From NCBI GenBank assembly GCA_028534125.1, contig CM052816.1, forward strand, positions 58,220,001-58,284,000: a DNA stretch of 64,000 nt, read 5' to 3'. This stretch comes from Lama glama. Its lineage: Eukaryota. Shown one piece after another: positions 61,049 through 64,000 of this stretch. The notes under the pieces were generated by a model. It worked only from the letters and a program-made list of their open reading frames with translations. It did not search any database and was not told where the DNA came from. The position numbers were made by a program, and so were the translations under genes. How positions within the stretch are numbered: the first letter of the stretch is position 1; each line of letters begins with the position of its first letter.

Positions 61049-64000
61049 AGAATCATGGAAATGGACCAGATTATACAAAGAGAGATCAGAGAGTGAGATG
61101 AGAAATGCATCAAAAATAGAACCTTGGGGAGTCTAATATTTAAGGCAGAGAAGAGTAAAGAGATCCAGAGAAAATGCAATCAAGACACCAGAGAGACAGA
61201 AGGAAAAGGAGTCATGGGCTGAGAAAGAAGAGATTTGAAGAGGGCAGGGGTACTGTGTGGAGTTACTGGAGAGAAGGGCACAGTGTTGGGAAAGCAGAGA
61301 AACCCTTCAAAACTTCTGCAGTGAGGTTATTGGTAGCCATCAAGAGAGACAATTTTCAGCAAAGGAGAGAGTTTTTCTCTTCTTCCTCTTGCAGGGCTTG
61401 CTGCCTGCTCTGCTCAGCCCAGCTATCGGTCCTGAGGCTTGTGGGCTGTTAAGTACATTAGGAGATCCTTCCACACCAGCTGCTTCATCAGGATGGTGTG
61501 CTGCCTGTATCTGGAGTCCACATAAGATGCAAACACTGCTCACCTCATCCCCAAACTGTATGGTCAGACTACTTGATAGGCCTTATGCTCATGTCCCAAG
61601 TTACCAGATGAAATCCCACTGAGGCTGGAGCCAACCCCCCTGCCTCATCCTAATGAAATAGGAGCCTTGACTCCCTCAGCTGTCTCCTGCCCAGTCCCTT
61701 ACTTGGGGCTGGTTCCTGCTTTCCTGTATTAGCTTTGGTAAATCTCTGATTTATACTTTAGACACTTAGGTGCAACCAAGAGCCACAGTCATCTGGAAAC
61801 TCTGATTTCATGCTACCTTAGCCATGGCTGAGGGCAAGATCAGACATGTCAGTATGCCCCAGTGCTTTGGGGATTTGGTGCCGCCATCCCATTGGTCCTT
61901 CTGGTCCCCTTCCTCATTGTACTACTGCCTCATGTCAGTTTAGTCTTCTCACTGCCCCCCTTTTTCTATGCCCTGGGAGCCCAATCATGCCATGGGGTTA
62001 GGGCCAAAGCACTGATAAGCATGCACTCATACTTCGCTTTGAGGCTCGGTCTTAACTGGCCTTTCTGAATGCCTCGATGCCTCTGCCAATATGGGAATAC
62101 TTTCATCACTTTTTTTAAAATAATGCAAACAGACAATATCAACACATTTGTCTCAATCACAAGTCAACAGAGAAAATTCAAACATTTAACAGAGTAAATA
62201 TGACAGCTGTCTCCAGGCTGCAATAATCTTCTTGCTGGAACACAGGCAGACATAACAAACCTCCTCTCATCTCCCTCCCACTACATCCTTCACACCAAGC
62301 CCATCGCCCATCATTTCTGGACCCTGATGATCCCCACCAATGAATAAGCAATTAGGCTTGAAGCAAGTTTCCGGACCAAAATGAGCCCACGCTGCCTGTG
62401 GCCTGATTTGTGATGAATGATCAGGGATCTTGGAAAATGCTGTGCGTCATCTATTACCCAGGAAATAATTTCTTTGTGTTAACTTTTTAAAAAGTGATTT
62501 CTAAGAGGGCTTTTAAAAAAGCCTACAAGACATCACAATACTCCTTCAGTTTTGCAGAATCCTTTGATATGCTCAGATGAAAGAAACAGTCCTTGTGATT
62601 AATTTAAGCCTGTGGACAGTCCCCTAAGGTCTGATGGGTATTGGACCAAGCCTGATGGATGCAAGGGAGGCAACATGGAGTATCCTAGCCCTGTTTGCAG
62701 CTAGCCCCAAGGATAGTTAGATGAGCCCTGTGTCTCTTGTCACCTTTCTCCCATAAACAGGGCATAAATGAAATTAAACAGGGCCTCTGCTGATGATCTG
62801 AACACACAGAAAGGATCTGATTACCTCTGGCCATGGCAAAACTACTAAACTGTCTCAGTTTCTCCACTGGGATTGAGGGTAAATACAACTTGGAGCAGAC
62901 GTAGTGTTTGTGTGTACTAATATTATTCTGTGCAGAGTGCAACTTTGCTATACCCCAGCCCCTCCCTCCTGTCCTTAGCCACTTCATTTCAGGAGAATAG
63001 CTAGAACAGTCAGCCCATCAATCCAAGTATCAGTATCTCCAAGAAATGATGTGGACCTCCTTCCTCAAAACCTGGATGCTGCTAAGTTCCTACAGTGATC
63101 AGATTCTATCTGCTTTAGGCCCTAGGTATTGATCTTTTATGGTCTTGTCCATTTTTTCTTGGCCTATTCCATAATCCTTAGGTGGGTAAAGCATATAATA
63201 TTATACAGAAATATAGATAACATGGCCGAGATGGTCTGCCTTACTAAACCATACAAAACTGTACACATCTCAATGAGTCCAACATTGGGACCAAAGACAT
63301 GCCAATTACTTTCTGAGTTGCCTGGGCCAAAGGCTCATTAGTGGAGAAATTGATGGAGTAATGGCAGAGAACATGCCGCCCACTGCTCACAGGTACCAGC
63401 TGCCAAGCGTCAGAATGGGCGGTAGGAGGCAGTGGGAACATCACGTCCCAGTCCTGATTTTGTCCCAGGGTCACTCTAGGACTTTGTTCTCTCTCTGCCT
63501 CACCTCCCTCCTCTGCAGTGTGAGAACACTGGCTGCTGCCCAGGGAGGGCCAGGTTGAGAAGTCCCTAACGAGGGACTTGGCAACAGCTGAGAGCTGGCC
63601 TGTGTAGAACAGCACATCCTTGTTAGCCCACGCCCACCCACCCCACTCCCCCACCTCCCCTCAGCGATATCAGCGACTCTCAGCAGGTGGCTCAGAGAAT
63701 ACAGACACCCACAGACCTGTCAGCTCCCTGAGGCCCCCCGGGTGGTCTTATGCTTATGCTTCTACTTCCTCCAATGATAACTCACATAGGATACCTAATA
63801 AAAGCCAAACATCATCTTCTCATTGCCAGCTCACCACAGTGGTGTTCATTCCATTCAGACTGCGGAGGTTTTACATGGAATCTGTTTTTGATTTGGGGGC
63901 TACAGAGAGGCTCACAGCCAAGGGAAGTGTGTGAAGTGACTGGTCAGTGAAGACTTTTGCCTGCCCAAATGGTGGCCAAAGTACAGCTCTAGGCCAATCT

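Noticed and set aside
1..64000. CRISPR arrays, prokaryotic operons, rRNA/snRNA genes, CpG-island promoter
   Set aside because: None seen. The sequence is CpG-depleted, repeat-rich mammalian DNA.

Overview
Mammalian genomic DNA, AT-rich, with no CpG island. It is most likely from a camelid, judging by the tRNA-derived Vic-1-like SINEs and cetartiodactyl-type L1 3' tails. It has two 500-N scaffold gaps (29803-30302, 50508-51007). I find no protein-coding gene I can support. The listed ORFs are short chance ORFs, gap artefacts or decayed retroelement frames, so the window looks intergenic or intronic. Much of it is layered interspersed repeats: L1 of several ages, L2, MIR, MaLR/ERV LTRs, a decayed ERV-L provirus, and Tigger/hAT DNA transposon relics. 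The most interesting signal is not in the ORF track. It is a heavily decayed but colinear gag-protease-integrase fossil of a Gypsy (Metaviridae, Mag/K02A2.6-like) LTR retrotransposon at about 53.5-57.8 kb, split by three later insertions. Secondary observations are a near-perfect RFX X-box with ETS/NRF1-like motifs near 3.8-4.1 kb, a divergent pair of CTCF-like motifs, ultra-short L1-tail insertions with clean target-site duplications (TSDs), a 97-bp tandem duplication, and candidate splice-bounded exons. Repeat family names were assigned by eye from remembered consensus features and need RepeatMasker/Dfam confirmation. Boundaries of old repeats are approximate.
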